A stretch of 64,000 bases of DNA, taken from contig OX597840.1 of assembly GCA_951406725.2 (NCBI GenBank), positions 6,448,001-6,512,000 on the forward strand. The letters run 5' to 3'. The position numbers were made by a program, and so were the translations under genes. This document shows positions 1-12,414 of this stretch, in pieces. The notes below the pieces were generated by a model. It ran no database searches. It was not told the origin of the DNA and saw nothing but the letters and a program-made list of their open reading frames with translations. The number at the start of each line of letters is the position of its first letter. The first letter of the stretch is position 1. Source of the stretch: Octopus vulgaris (taxonomy: Eukaryota).

Positions 1-514
1 CAAACATACAAACATACATACATACATACATACATACATACATACATACATACATACATACTTAGCGGTTCGGCAAAGGAGACTGATTGAATAAGTACTG
101 GGCTTACAAAAGAATAAGTCCCAGGGTCGAGTTGCTCGATTAAAGGCGGTGCTCCAGCATGGCCGCAGTCAAAAGACTGAAACAAGTAAAAGAGTAAAAG
201 AGTATACATACATACATACATACATACATACATACATACAGACATACATGATGGCTGCCCCCTCGTTATCGAGTATGGCCATTGCAAAAATCGGTTCGTC
301 ACAGTCGTGACGACTCAACGGAGTTAGTCACCTCGGTGACAAACTCGTGAGTTGAGAGAGAGCTAACATCTGTTAGTGAACCGACCACTAGAATCATGGA
401 AGCAGCTGAGACAAAACGGCTAGAGGGAAGAAGAAAGACAACGTCCTACACTCTCTCACTCTCACTAGCTCTAATTCTGTTCTCTTACAACATCATTCTA
501 TCTTTCTCACAAGA

Positions 515-825
515 ACCTGATGCACAAAAGGGATAGAGATGTAAGCACAAGAGACCTGATATTATGATTTCGGATAGAGAAAATGAGAATACCTACGCTG
601 AACTATTGAGAAATCTGCAGTTACTCTATCCAGACTACAAGTTTAGGTTTATACCTGTAATTATTGGAAGCCCTGGGATGTGTAATACTTTGCCTAAATA
701 TCAGTCTTGAGACATTAGACTTCTCAAAACCAGAAAGAAGAAAGTTAATTCGAAGACTATAGATCCAATCCATCAGTGGAACTGTAAAAATCTGTAAAAC
801 TTTCCAGAAGTTTATTTTTTAAATA
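515..825 (+). mobile_element. diverged REL-endonuclease fragment of the same LINE group
   Basis: KRPDIMISDRE...YAELLRNLQLLYPDYKFRFIPVIIG...IQSISGTVKICKTFQKF parallels 20700-20980. A third fragment lies at about 59150-59445. Confidence 0.7.
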
Positions 826-1729
826 TGTATACACGTTGCATACGTATACACGTTACGTAAAAGGTATCACATTGGTATATGCAATTATACAAAAGGGTAG
901 ACAAGACTTTTTAGAGAAGTAGAATAAATTTTATTCAAGGTTTGGATTTTTTTACAAGTCGCTACCGAAGTTTCATTATTCCACTGTTCGGGCGACTGTT
1001 TATAAAAAATGCTGAAGCTGTTTATATACATAAAATTGTTGAAGCTGTTTATATACACTGGCTAAAAACGCTCATTTCCAGCTGAAAAATAAATAGGTGA
1101 GAAAGGAGAAAACTGGTTTCACATATTAGCATTTTGGTAAACATATTAGGATATTGGAAACCTTCCAGGGCCTCATCGATTATAAAGAACAGTGGGTTTT
1201 GGGGATGGTATATGAGGGGCATGAGAATTGGTTTGAGTGGAGTCAAATATAGCGAGGATGAGAAAAACCTGCATGTTGAGGTTTTCTTTACTTTGTTGCT
1301 TTTTATTGTTGGCCTTCGGTGTGGTTGATCAACCAGTCCCCAGTCGAGAATCACAGCCACTGGTTATACCATTCACTGTTTCGCGCGCCGAATACAAAAC
1401 GTGGTGCATATATGAGTATAGGACACCACAAATAAACGCAGAACACAACGAGAGACGAAAACATAAAACCAAACAAGGAAACGGACTTTTTTTAACAACG
1501 AAAAAACAGAGTACAAGACAAACAATACAAGGAATATTCCCCTTCATCAGCTGTCCCTGGTTCGACTCAATGCGTGTTTCGAATGTATATGTATTTATTT
1601 GTGGTGTCCTGTACTCATATACGCATGTATATATACATATAGATGTAGGTATGTACATATATGTATGTATGCATATGTTTTATTTATTAAATTGTTAGTA
1701 TATATATATATATACATATATATATACAT

Positions 1730-1786
<57 letters not shown>

Positions 1787-2282
1787 TTGAAGTTAGCCTC
1801 ATCGCTTGGCAAGGGAATCAGTAATTCAATGTTGGAAATAGAACATACAAAATTTACAGCATGCAGACCGTTTCGGCTATTAAAAGCTCTCCTCAGAGAA
1901 AGGCACATTGCATATCTATGTATGTACGTGTGTATGTCTGTATCTGGTGTTGTTTTGTTTTTTATTTTTACCGTTATTGTTTTTACGTTTTTGTATTCTT
2001 ATTGGTGTCACGTATTCTGTATTTTTGTTCGTGTACTTCGTTCGTTTTCCGTCCTCGTGTTGTATACATTCGAAGCTTTCTTCCAGGGGATCTAATGCGC
2101 TTGGCTTAGATTTCCCTTGGCGGGCTGCCCAAATCGGAGCAATCTCAAGATTAATCAGCCGAAATTGCTAAGATGATCTGGTTCTTGACTGAAGACTGAG
2201 GGCTTCGAATGTCCCGTCCTGTGGTTCTTGTGTCGTCTCTTTGGTGTTTCATGTTCTTGTCCATGTCTGTAATTATTTTTAC

Positions 2283-2348
<66 letters not shown>

Positions 2349-2652
2349 GGAGATAGGGGTACGTTACGCCGCTTTAATATATATATAGAAATCAAATATA
2401 AAATATAAATTACAAAGTGGGACAAGAACAAAAACACACAAAGAGACGACACAAAAAAACAGACGGGCCACTCGAAGCCTCTAATCTTCAGTCGGAACCG
2501 GATCATCTTAAACAGCCGAAATTGCTAAGATGATCCGGTTCCGACTGAAGATTAGAGGCTTCGAGTGACCCGTCTGTTTTTTTGTGTCGTCTCTTTGTGT
2601 GTTTTTGCGTTCTTGTCCCACTTTGTAATTTATATTTTATATTTTATATTTG

Positions 2653-2696
<44 letters not shown>

Positions 2697-2726
2697 TTCG
2701 ATTCTCTGTCCTCTTTGCTTCTGTTT

Positions 2727-2732
2727 TTTATT
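2727..2732 (-). promoter_or_regulatory. candidate poly(A) signal of the SLC24 gene
   Basis: AATAAA on the minus strand about 80 nt after the stop. The background is AT-rich, so this is weak. Confidence 0.3.
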
Positions 2733-2812
2733 TCTTTTTAAAGAAAATCGAATGTTTGTAATCTCTTTTCCTTGTTTTGATGATAACGAGGAGAGGAATC
2801 GTTTAAAAAGTC

Positions 2813-3141
2813 TTATTCCTTGCGTGGACACGCGGGAAGGTTTAATGGCCCGAATACATTCATTTCGTAGAGGCTTGACATGACAATGATGGTGGTGTAT
2901 ATACCAAAATAAATAAGACCTAGGAGACGCGTTAACCGCCAACCAGACAGCAATAGAGAGACGAAGAAGAAGAAAACTGTGCCCAGCAGTGTGAGAGAAG
3001 AGTAGGTTAAGCCTCGGCTGTATACAGTCACACCTTTCTTGTCATTGAGCAGTGACTGGAGCATCCAGGGGAAACCGAGTCCAATGAGGATATCGAATAC
3101 GTTGCTGCCGATGGTGTTTGATATAGCCATGTCAAGGAAAC
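2813..3141 (-). CDS. SLC24/NCKX last coding exon
   Basis: Encodes GFLDMAISNTIGSNVFDILIGLGFPW...NLPACPRKE*. The Asp in GSNVFD is the position linked to K+ dependence in NCKX proteins. The spliced CDS totals 1803 nt (600 aa plus stop). Confidence 0.95.
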
Positions 3142-3284
3142 CTGAAAGAACATGATATATATATATATATATATGTATATAAAGTTAATCCAAATATGAA
3201 AACACAAAGAGAAAACACAACAACGCGAGGACGTGGAACAAATATAGTATTATTGGACGCTCAAGAAGGAAGGGAAGAAGGAGG

Positions 3285-3319
3285 GTTTTACGTTTCGAGC
3301 GGAGCTCTTCGTCAGAAAC
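3285..3319 (-). ncRNA. minimal hammerhead motif, family A
   Basis: GTTT-CTGACGA-a-GAGCtccGCTC-GAA-ACGT-A|AAAC. Further copies at 3513-3547, ~3850-3884, 35314-35348, 38133-38167, 39476-39510, 41278-41311 and 55239-55273. Confidence 0.75.
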
Positions 3320-3366
3320 ATAGAAATGGGAAAGATCCAAGGAAGGAAGGAAGGGAAGGCGGAGGA

Positions 3367-3414
<48 letters not shown>

Positions 3415-4235
3415 CATCCAAACATGAAAACACAAAGAGAAAACACAACAACGCGAGGACGTGGAACAAATATAGAATTATTGGACGCTCAAGAAGGAAG
3501 GGAAGAAGGACGGTTTTACGTTTCGAGCAGAGCTCTTCGTCAGAAACATAGGTGTATATATATATATATATCTTATGTTTTTCATTGTTTGATTTGCTTA
3601 ATAGTGGTTTTATCTCTAATTTATTATAATATAATATAATATATTTATACTATAAAATTGGATTTAATCCTAAATCTGATTTTTCCCTGTAAGTTTGGAT
3701 TTATTCCCTAATATTTTATTATTAATTATATATATATATATATATAAAGTTAATGCAAACATGAAAACACAAAGAGAAAACACAACAACGCGAGGACGTG
3801 GAACAAATATAGTATTATTGGAGACTCAGGAAAGAAGGGAAGAAGGAGGATTTTACGTTTCGAGCGGAGCTCTTCGTCGGAAACATAGGAAAAGGTAAGA
3901 TCCAGAGAAGGGAAGACGGAGGAGAAAAAATCGCCAACGGTACACACGCAGTCACGTGTATATATAACGAAAATGAGGGGGAAAATGGTTTTGTTGGAGA
4001 ATGAAGGAGTAGAAAAGGATGAGATCAGAAGCTGCCGAGGAAAGGGAAGATGAAGGCGAATGAGTGAGTGAGAGAGAGGGGGATCGAGGGAGAGAGAGAG
4101 AGAGAGAGGGAGGGAGGGAGAGAGGGAGAGAAAGAGAGAGGGAGGATAAAGAAGACAGGAAGTGGAGTGAGAGAGAGATAAAACCAAGAAGGATAAACGG
4201 TAGTAAGATCATGTACTTTCTTGCATACCATAATA

Positions 4236-4297
<62 letters not shown>

Positions 4298-4389
4298 TAT
4301 ACATACATATATACATATACATATATATATATGTATATGTATATATGTATGTATATATATGTATATATATATATATATATATATACATA

Positions 4390-4441
<52 letters not shown>

Positions 4442-4454
4442 CATACATTCATAC

Positions 4455-4533
<79 letters not shown>

Positions 4534-4769
4534 TAAACACAGATATCTGTATATATGTATGTGTGTATACATGTGTATGTAGGATAGGAAAGAGACATTA
4601 AATGATGACAATGATAATGATGATGACAATGATGCCGATGTTTCAAGGCTTACCTCAAGTCCACCATACCCTCACATCCACCCTACATCACCTCCACTCT
4701 CTTTTGCATCCACTTTTACGAACAGATATATAAAAAAAAAAAAAACTAAGTAAAAACTGTAATACTAAC

Positions 4770-4871
4770 CATCTCTGGCGACAATAATGCTTGCTATACA
4801 GTCTGGCATGCTGGTTCCCATAGCTAGAATGGTGAAACCTATAACCGTATCTGGAATCTCAAAAATGTCTC
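4770..4871 (-). CDS. SLC24/NCKX exon 8 (alpha-2 repeat)
   Basis: Encodes [35 protein letters not shown]. Acceptor tgtttcag, donor GTTAGT. Confidence 0.95.
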
Positions 4872-4909
4872 CTGAAACAAATTGAAAAGAATACACAAAT
4901 CAACCGCGG

Positions 4910-4946
<37 letters not shown>

Positions 4947-5020
4947 TCGCCATGTTGGTTCGTTAGTTACTGCACGCATTTTTTTCTCTCCTTCTTTCTG
5001 TGTTTTTTTCTCTCTGTGTA

Positions 5021-5058
5021 TCTTTCTGTTGAAGAGCGTAGGCTCGAAACGTTAAAGA
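5021..5058 (+). ncRNA. minimal hammerhead-like motif, family B (CTGTNGA core)
   Basis: TCTTT-CTGTTGA-a-GAGCgtagGCTC-GAA-ACGT-T|AAAGA. Relatives on the minus strand at 5285-5322, 29403-29440, 46045-46081 and 63559-63595. Confidence 0.55.
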
Positions 5059-5155
5059 CTTGTTTTATTTATATTTCCTGAGCGCCATACTAATACAATT
5101 GTTTGTTTGTTTTCCACCTGCCTTCGTCTTTTGTCTATTTTCATAAAGCTTCCCG

Positions 5156-5192
<37 letters not shown>

Positions 5193-5663
5193 GGGAGAAT
5201 TCACGAAAAAAAAAACAAAAGACGAAGACAGGTGGTGTACAAAACAAACAGATTTATTAGTATAACGCTCAGGAATTGAAAAAGTCTTCTACGTTTCGAG
5301 CCTACGCTCTTCTACAGAAAGGGACACTGAAAAAACAAGGAGAGAAACAAGGAGAGAAAAAATGTGTGTAGTAGCTACCGATCTATCATGGCGACTGCCG
5401 GACAGAAGGGTCACACAGGAGAGTGAAGAAGTAAGGATATTAACAAAGTAGAACAGAAAGTAGAGGAGAGTTTAGAAAGTATAAAAATAATAGTAATAAT
5501 AATAATAGTTTTATGTAAAGTTCAAAGGTTTCAGACATAGTGGTGTATTGCAAGGATTTCTCATCAAGAGTGATCCGTATGTAGGAGAGGTGCAGCCGGA
5601 GGGTAAAATGTCCAAAAGAGTATCCGTAACGGGTAGAAAGGTAGAAAGTCCAGTGGAGAGATA

Positions 5664-5699
<36 letters not shown>

Positions 5700-6359
5700 T
5701 ATTTTTCTTCATTGCCCACAAGGGGCTAAACATAGAGGGGACAAACAAGGACAGACGAAAGGATTAAGTCGATTACATCGACCCCCAGTACGTAACTGGT
5801 ACTTAATTTATCGACCTCGAAAGGATGAAAGGCAAAGTCGACCTCGGCGGAATTTGAACTCAGAACGTAACGGCAGACGAAATACGGCTACGCATTTCGC
5901 CCAGCGTGCTAACGTTTCTGCCAGGTCGCCGCCTTAACCAAATACTCTTATAATCTAACATCCTAGTTTTTTTTCTTGAAACCGTCGTGTTCCATTGAAA
6001 CTTTTAATGATAAAAACAAATGATGCAATAATGCTCTTCTCATCAATTCTCTATACCTATTTCTTTTCCTGGAACCGTCGTGTTCCATTCAAGCTTTGAA
6101 ATATAGAAATAGATGACAGACTAAAAACGAAAGAACGCACCGTCCCAGTTTTTGCTTTCATGGTACCATCATGTTTCATTCAGACTTTTAGCAATAAAAG
6201 CAGATGAAGAACTAAAAGCAAAACCCGACGCATCTCATAAAGCCATCATCTCAATTTCTTCACTGTACATATATAAGCTGAGTACAACATATTCGTTATT
6301 GTTAATGACACAAGACATAATGTAAAACATAACATAAAATGGTTACGGTGAAAGAAATA

Positions 6360-6954
6360 TAGGCACAGGAGTGGCTGTGTGGTAAGTAGCTTGCTTACCA
6401 ACCACATGGTTCCGGGTTCAGTCCCACTGCGTGGCACCTTGGGCAAGTGTCTTTTACTATAGCCTCGGGCCGACCAAAGCTTTCTGAGTGGATTTGGTAG
6501 ACGGAAACTGAAAGAAGCCCATCGTATATATAGGCGCAGGAGTGGTTGCGTGGTAAGTAGCTTGTTTACCAACCACATGGCTCCGGGTTCAATCCCACTG
6601 CGTGGCACCTTGGGCAAGTGTCTTTTATTATAGCCTCGGGCTGACCAAAGCTTTCTGAATGGATTTGGTAGACGGAAACTGAAAGAAGCCCGTCGTATAT
6701 ATGTATATATATGTGTGTGCGTGTATGTTTGTGTGTCTGTGTTTGTCCCCCTAGCATTGCTTGACAACCGAAGCTGGTGCGTTTAGGTCCCCGTCACTTA
6801 GCAGTTCGGCAAAAGAGACCGATAGAATAAGTACCGGGCTTACAAAGAATAAGTCCCGGGGTCGAGTTGCTCGATTGAAGGCGGTGCTCCAGCATGGCCG
6901 CAGTCAAATGATTGAAACAAATAAAAGCGTAAAAGAGTAAAAGAGTAAAAGAGT
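6360..6954 (+). mobile_element. tRNA-derived SINE family 1 (partial plus full copy in tandem)
   Basis: A/B-box head aggcgcaggagtggctgtgtggtaag...gggttcagtccc, internal microsatellite and (AAAAGAGT)n tail. Many copies, e.g. 61-203, 22700-23175, 49290-49708, 55903-56590 (-), 57677-58520. Confidence 0.9.
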
Positions 6955-6958
6955 TTAC

Positions 6959-7174
6959 CTGCTAATGTAGCAACCCAGACCATTATATAGGAGAAGATTC
7001 CAATCCAGATGATGGCCACGATAAAGGTGCATACGCAAAAGCGGAAGCACATTGGCCGCCGACAGTCTGGCACTGTGAAGTATAATATTATTTTAATGGG
7101 GAACATCAATAACCAGAGACAACGCTTACAGTTGCTTTCTGGGAAGGTCAACGGATCGACATGGAGACTTTCCA
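6959..7174 (-). CDS. SLC24/NCKX exon 7
   Basis: Encodes PLTFPESNCKRCLWLLMFPIKIILYFTVPDCRRP...TFIVAIIWIGIFSYIMVWVATLAG, with the NCKX TxPDCR and FSYxMVW motifs. Confidence 0.95.
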
Positions 7175-7268
7175 CTGTAAGACAAGAAGGAAAATGCATG
7201 GAATTTAGATTTAGGTTTCCAAGAAACTGTTAATGAGATTATGTCAACAACAACAACAACAACAACAA

Positions 7269-7366
<98 letters not shown>

Positions 7367-7385
7367 GCAACAACAACAACAACAT

Positions 7386-7602
7386 CAGGAGAGGGGCTTT
7401 CTCCGTCCGGGTTGCGGATCCGTGGAAAAAGCTGCCGGACGAGATAGTGAAGATGCCGACGATCGCTCGGTTCAAAGTCTCTCTTGACCAGAAATGGCCT
7501 GAACTCTTTGCATGAACACCATCCCTGTACATAACTCCATGTCCCCCTACATGGCCTTGCTTTTTGCTTTTTGAGCCAAAAAATTAACTTAACTTAACTT
7601 AA
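7386..7602 (+). mobile_element. 3' fragment of a CR1/L2-group LINE
   Basis: RRGAFSVRVADPWKKLPDEIVKMPTIARFKVSLDQKWPELFA*, then a short UTR and an (AACTT)n tail, within (CAA)n. Confidence 0.8.
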
Positions 7603-8325
7603 CAACAACAACAACAAAAGTCCTTCCTATTATAGGTACAAGACCTGAAACTTTGGGGGAGGGTGTATAGTTGACTATATCGACCTCAGTGCGTAACTGG
7701 TACTTATTTTATCGACCCCGAAAGGATAAAAGGCAAAGTCGACCTCGGCGGAATTTGAACTGAGAACGGAAGAATGGCCGCATTTTGCTCGGCGTGCTAA
7801 CGATTCTACCAGCTCTCCGCCTTCATAATAATAATGATGATTTATTTATCGACCACAAAGGGTTTACATTTAGAAAAAAAAACATTATGGACGACAGTAA
7901 AAGACAAAACAAATAATGTGTGTGTGTTTGTGTGTAAATTTGCATTTTGTGAGGGTTTTGCGTGTAAACAAGTTTAACATAATGAAAGAAAAAAAACAAT
8001 TTTAACTGTATAATCATCAATAGGGAGAAGACGTTCGCGGGTTGCTCATGGAAAGACCTCATAAAACCACGGGTGCCCTGACGTCTGGGGCAGGGACTTT
8101 TCTCATGTCCTCTTCTGCGATTACAGGCGTATGCTAAGGGCAGGCCCGTTCACCCGCATAATTCTTGCCACTCTCATCCACCCCTCAGCAAACTGGCTAG
8201 GAGATAGCACTTCCCTCTCAACCCTTTCTGATAAGGGATTGGCCAAAGAAAAAAGGGTTTGTCTTTAGCCCCTTTAATTTCGTCCACCATACAACCTCTT
8301 CATGTATGTATGTATGTATGTATGT

Positions 8326-8890
8326 ATGGTCACTTATGTCAGGTCATTTTCGAGTGCTACTGGTAACATGTAATCCAGTACAACCTGTTGCATGGTCGGG
8401 TCGTCGGCGACTAAACCGGTAACCCCACCAAGCTTGCTTGGTGAGGAGGGTGTTTATTGGACACCCTGCGGGATGAAAAACAAAACCCGTCAAAGGGCGG
8501 AGGAACTCTTGAGAGTCAACGGCCATCCAATAAATGTCTTAAGACTGTATCATGCGCGGGGACGTAGAAATAATCGGACTGAATACCCGATCGCGCGGTT
8601 AAACCATTGGGAGTGAAGGACTCCTAGCCTTTGTTAGGGCATCCTTATAGGAGAAGGTAACTCAGGTAACTGGGATGACTCAGACATAAAACCTGCGGCT
8701 CAGTGGTTACCGATGATGTTGACTTGTTCTTCTTTTCGGATTATGGCTGCTGTTGCTTAGTGAGTGGGATTGACTCAGTGCACAGCCTTTCCTCACTTTA
8801 AAAAAAATCTTCTTGCACAGGCATTGTATGATAACAACATTGATTAAGCTTCGTGCAATGGCCATACTCGATAACGAGGGGGCAGCCACC
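8326..8890 (+). mobile_element. non-coding repeat between (TATG)n tracts, RTE-5'UTR-like
   Basis: Contains ttagggcatccttataggagaaggtaactc. Its terminal 35 bp recur inverted at about 251-286 beside (TACA)n. Confidence 0.4.
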
Positions 8891-9259
8891 ATGTATGTAT
8901 GTATGTATGTATGTATGTATGTATACATAAATGAATGTGTATGTATGTATATATGTATGTGTGTGTATGTATGTATGTGTATGTATGTGTTTCAGGATTT
9001 CTCACTGACACATTTCACACAGCTACGCATGAACCTAATCTTAATCGCATTAATCCATTATCCCCCCACCCTCGCCCCTGTTCCCCAACCGCTCAACACT
9101 GACCCTTCTAACAGAATGCTTATCTAAATATAAAAAGGGATTAACACTAGAAATGAATACCATTCACCTAATTGGAGTCCGTATCACATAAATCAGTTAG
9201 TTCGGTGATGATGATGATGGTGGCGGCGGCGGCGGCGGCGGTGGTGGTGGTGGTGGTGG

Positions 9260-9291
<32 letters not shown>

Positions 9292-9424
9292 GTAGTGGTG
9301 GTGGTGGTGATAGAGGTGGTGGTGGTGGTAGTGATGATGGTGCTGACGACGATAATGATGGTTGTGAGGATGATGTCGATGACGACAATGATGACGATTA
9401 CGATGATGACGCAAAAATATAATA

Positions 9425-10820
9425 CACTACTTCGCGGTCCAACTATCGCGGATTCATGACTTCGCGGATTTTAAAAATATATATATATATATATGAACGC
9501 CTAAAATTTTTCATTAAATCCATTAAAATATTAATAATAAATATTATTTCCTCGTCTAGGAACAACAAAACAAGCGTAAAATAGCCAAAAAGCCTATACA
9601 GAGGTATTTGAACTTAAGACGGGCTGTGATTGGTGCAATGGGGAGAGAGACGACGAATCACAGCTTTCTATTTTGTAATCTGGCCTGTGTAACAGTAACA
9701 ATCTTTATTTTTTTAAATCTAAAGTGTTATTGCTTAACAGTTGTCCTTGTTATTAATAGACTATTGTAATGGGTGGGTTGTTAACAGTACAGGGAGGGTT
9801 TTAAAAGTCCAAATACACGTTAAATAAATACTGTAAATATGGTGTCCCTACTTCGCGGAAATTCAGTTATCGCGGCCGGTCTCGGAACCAATCTACCCTA
9901 AAGTGTTATTGCTTAACAGTTTTCCTTGTTATTAATAGACTACTGTAATGGGTGGGTTGTTAATAGTGCAGGGAGGGTTTTAAAAGTCCAAATACACGTT
10001 AAATAAATACTGTAAATATGGTGTCCCTACTTCGCGGAAATTCAGTTATCGCGGCCGGTCTCGGAACCAATCTACCCTAAAGTGTTATTGCTTAACAGTT
10101 GTCCTTGTTATTAATAGACTACTGTAATGGGTGGGTTGTTAATAGTGCAGGGAGGGTTTTAAAAGTCCAAATACACGTTAAATAAATACTGTAAATATGG
10201 TGTCCCTACTTCGCGGAAATTCAGTTATCGCGGCCGGTCTCGGAACCAATCTACCCTAAAGTGTTATTGCTTAACAGTTGTCCTTGTTATTAATAGACTA
10301 CTGTAATGGGTGGGTTGTTAATTGTACAGGGAGGGTTTTAAAAGTCCAAATACACGTTAAATAAATACTGTAAATATGGTGTCCCTACTTCGCGGAAATT
10401 CAGTTATCGCGGCCGGTCTCGGAACCAATCTACCCTAAAGTGTTATTGCTTAACAGTTGTCCTTGTTATTAATAGACTACTGTAATGGGTGGGTTGTTAA
10501 GAATACAGGGAGGGTTTGGTTTTAAAAGTCCAAATACACGTTAAATAAATACTGTAAATATGGTGTCCCTACTTCGCGGAAATTCAGTTATCGCGGTCGG
10601 TCTCGGAACCAATCTACCCTAAAGTGTTATTGCTTAACAGTTGTCCTTGTTATTAATAGACTACTGTAATGGGTGGGTTGTTAATTGTACAGGGAGGGTT
10701 TTAAAAGTCCAAATACACGTTAAATAAATACTGTAAATATGGTGTCCCTACTTCGCGGAAATTCAGTTATCGCGGCCGGTCTCGGAACCAATCTACCGCG
10801 ATAAACGAGGGATCGCTGTA
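9425..10820. mobile_element. pogo/Tigger-like MITE
   Basis: Right end ...ccgcgataaacgagggatcgctg-TA is a Tigger-type TIR plus TA. The left end carries repeated cttcgcgg/atcgcgg subterminal motifs. Confidence 0.6.
9720..10797. repeat. tandem repeat, 6 x 179 bp
   Basis: Units start at 9720, 9899, 10078, 10257, 10436 and 10620 (one unit has a 5-bp insertion) and are nearly identical. Confidence 0.95.
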
Positions 10821-10939
10821 CACACAAATGCATACATATCTAATATTCGTGTACACACCATCACAGCCATACATATATTCCGACATAATTCTCTCAGATG
10901 TTTCATACCACTCCACAACAAGCTAAAGGTCAATCTTAC

Positions 10940-11262
10940 GTGAACTGGACAATATACTCTCTCGCCAGCGCCTCATGTCCGAACTGGCACCAGATGAATT
11001 GCTGCTAATGTTAGAGCTACCCGTTGGTCTCCGCCTGTTCTTGCCGGGTATTACTTCCACACTGACCTCAGCTGCGTCCCGTTCTGTGTATACGACTCTC
11101 TTATTCTCGTCTGAATCAAGCAAGAACCGTTTCTCGTTGTCTGATGAATCTGTCTTCAGTATAGCATCTACGATGGCGTATGCCCTCGCCTCTAGAAAGC
11201 TGTTGAAGAAGATGATCGTTACGTAGAAGGCGTACATGAACAGCAGGACAACCGATTCGTAC
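10940..11262 (-). CDS. SLC24/NCKX exon 6 (TM5 and cytoplasmic loop)
   Basis: Encodes (W)YESVVLLFMYAFYVTIIFFNSFLE...RESILSSS. Acceptor ttcccag, donor GTAAGA; phases fit both neighbours. Confidence 0.9.
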
Positions 11263-11297
11263 CTGGGAATGGAAGGACAGAAAGATAGATAGGTAGG

Positions 11298-11336
<39 letters not shown>

Positions 11337-11377
11337 GTAGGTAGGTTGATAGATAGATAGATAGATAGATAGATAAT

Positions 11378-11482
<105 letters not shown>

Positions 11483-11595
11483 TGATTGATTGATAGATAG
11501 AAAGACAGACAGACAGACAGACAGATAGATAGATAGATAGATAGATCGATCGATAGATAGATAGATGGATAGATAGATAGATAGATAGAAAGATT

Positions 11596-11661
<66 letters not shown>

Positions 11662-11666
11662 CAGAA

Positions 11667-11760
<94 letters not shown>

Positions 11761-12313
11761 TCTTATATGAGCCGCCATATTTCATTAATCGTAGACAATA
11801 AAACAGAAGAATGTTGACAAGCATTATACAACATTTGTAACTATTTTTGCAATAAGACTGTTTCAATTTATACTTGAATAATGGACATATCATTATGTTT
11901 AACTGGCACTCCGTCGGTTATCACGATGAGCAAACTGCCTGATCGTGAAATTGTTGTGAAAACGGCTGAGCACTTCACAGACAGGGGTACCCTTAATGTA
12001 GATCACAGGGAGATTCAGCGTGACACAGAGTGTAACAAGGCTGGCCCTTAGAAATACAGGTACTACTCATATTTGCCAGCTGAGTGGACTGGAGCAACGT
12101 GAAATAAATTATCTTGCTCAAGGACACAAGGCAGAGCTAGGAATAGAACTCACTTCCTTACGATCGTAAGTCGAATACCCCTAACCACTGAGCCACGCGT
12201 TTTCACTATTCTGTTTAAATAATGGATAAATGTATATGCCATAGTCAAAAGATAAGTTGATAATGAAATGTGATGGGAGATATCTGGGCTTAAGGAAAAC
12301 AAAGATTACTCAC

Positions 12314-12414
12314 CAATTAATTACCTCGTTCATGAGAGCCAACACCAGGGCAACGATAGAGATAAGATACACAAAACAGTCTCGGAATATCGGCCACCAC
12401 CGAAGAGGAGTTAC
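12314..12414 (-). CDS. SLC24/NCKX exon 5
   Basis: Encodes VTPLRWWPIFRDCFVYLISIVALVLALMNEVINW, with the NCKX WWPxxRD motif. Acceptor cccctccag, donor GTGAGT. Confidence 0.93.

Noticed and set aside
5440-5748. Minus-strand ORFs upstream of a family B unit as a GIY-YIG endonuclease end
   Set aside because: No recognisable endonuclease motif in the two frames examined.
7233-7487. Poly-Gln ORF
   Set aside because: It is an intronic (CAA/CAG)n tract fused to an out-of-frame LINE fragment.
9720-10797. Regular repeat array as a possible CRISPR
   Set aside because: Units are contiguous 179-bp copies with no unique spacers, in a eukaryotic context.
12319-12325. Alternative donor GAG|GTAATT inside SLC24 exon 5
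   Set aside because: It is phase 0 and incompatible with the phase-2 next exon, and would lose the conserved W-YE junction.
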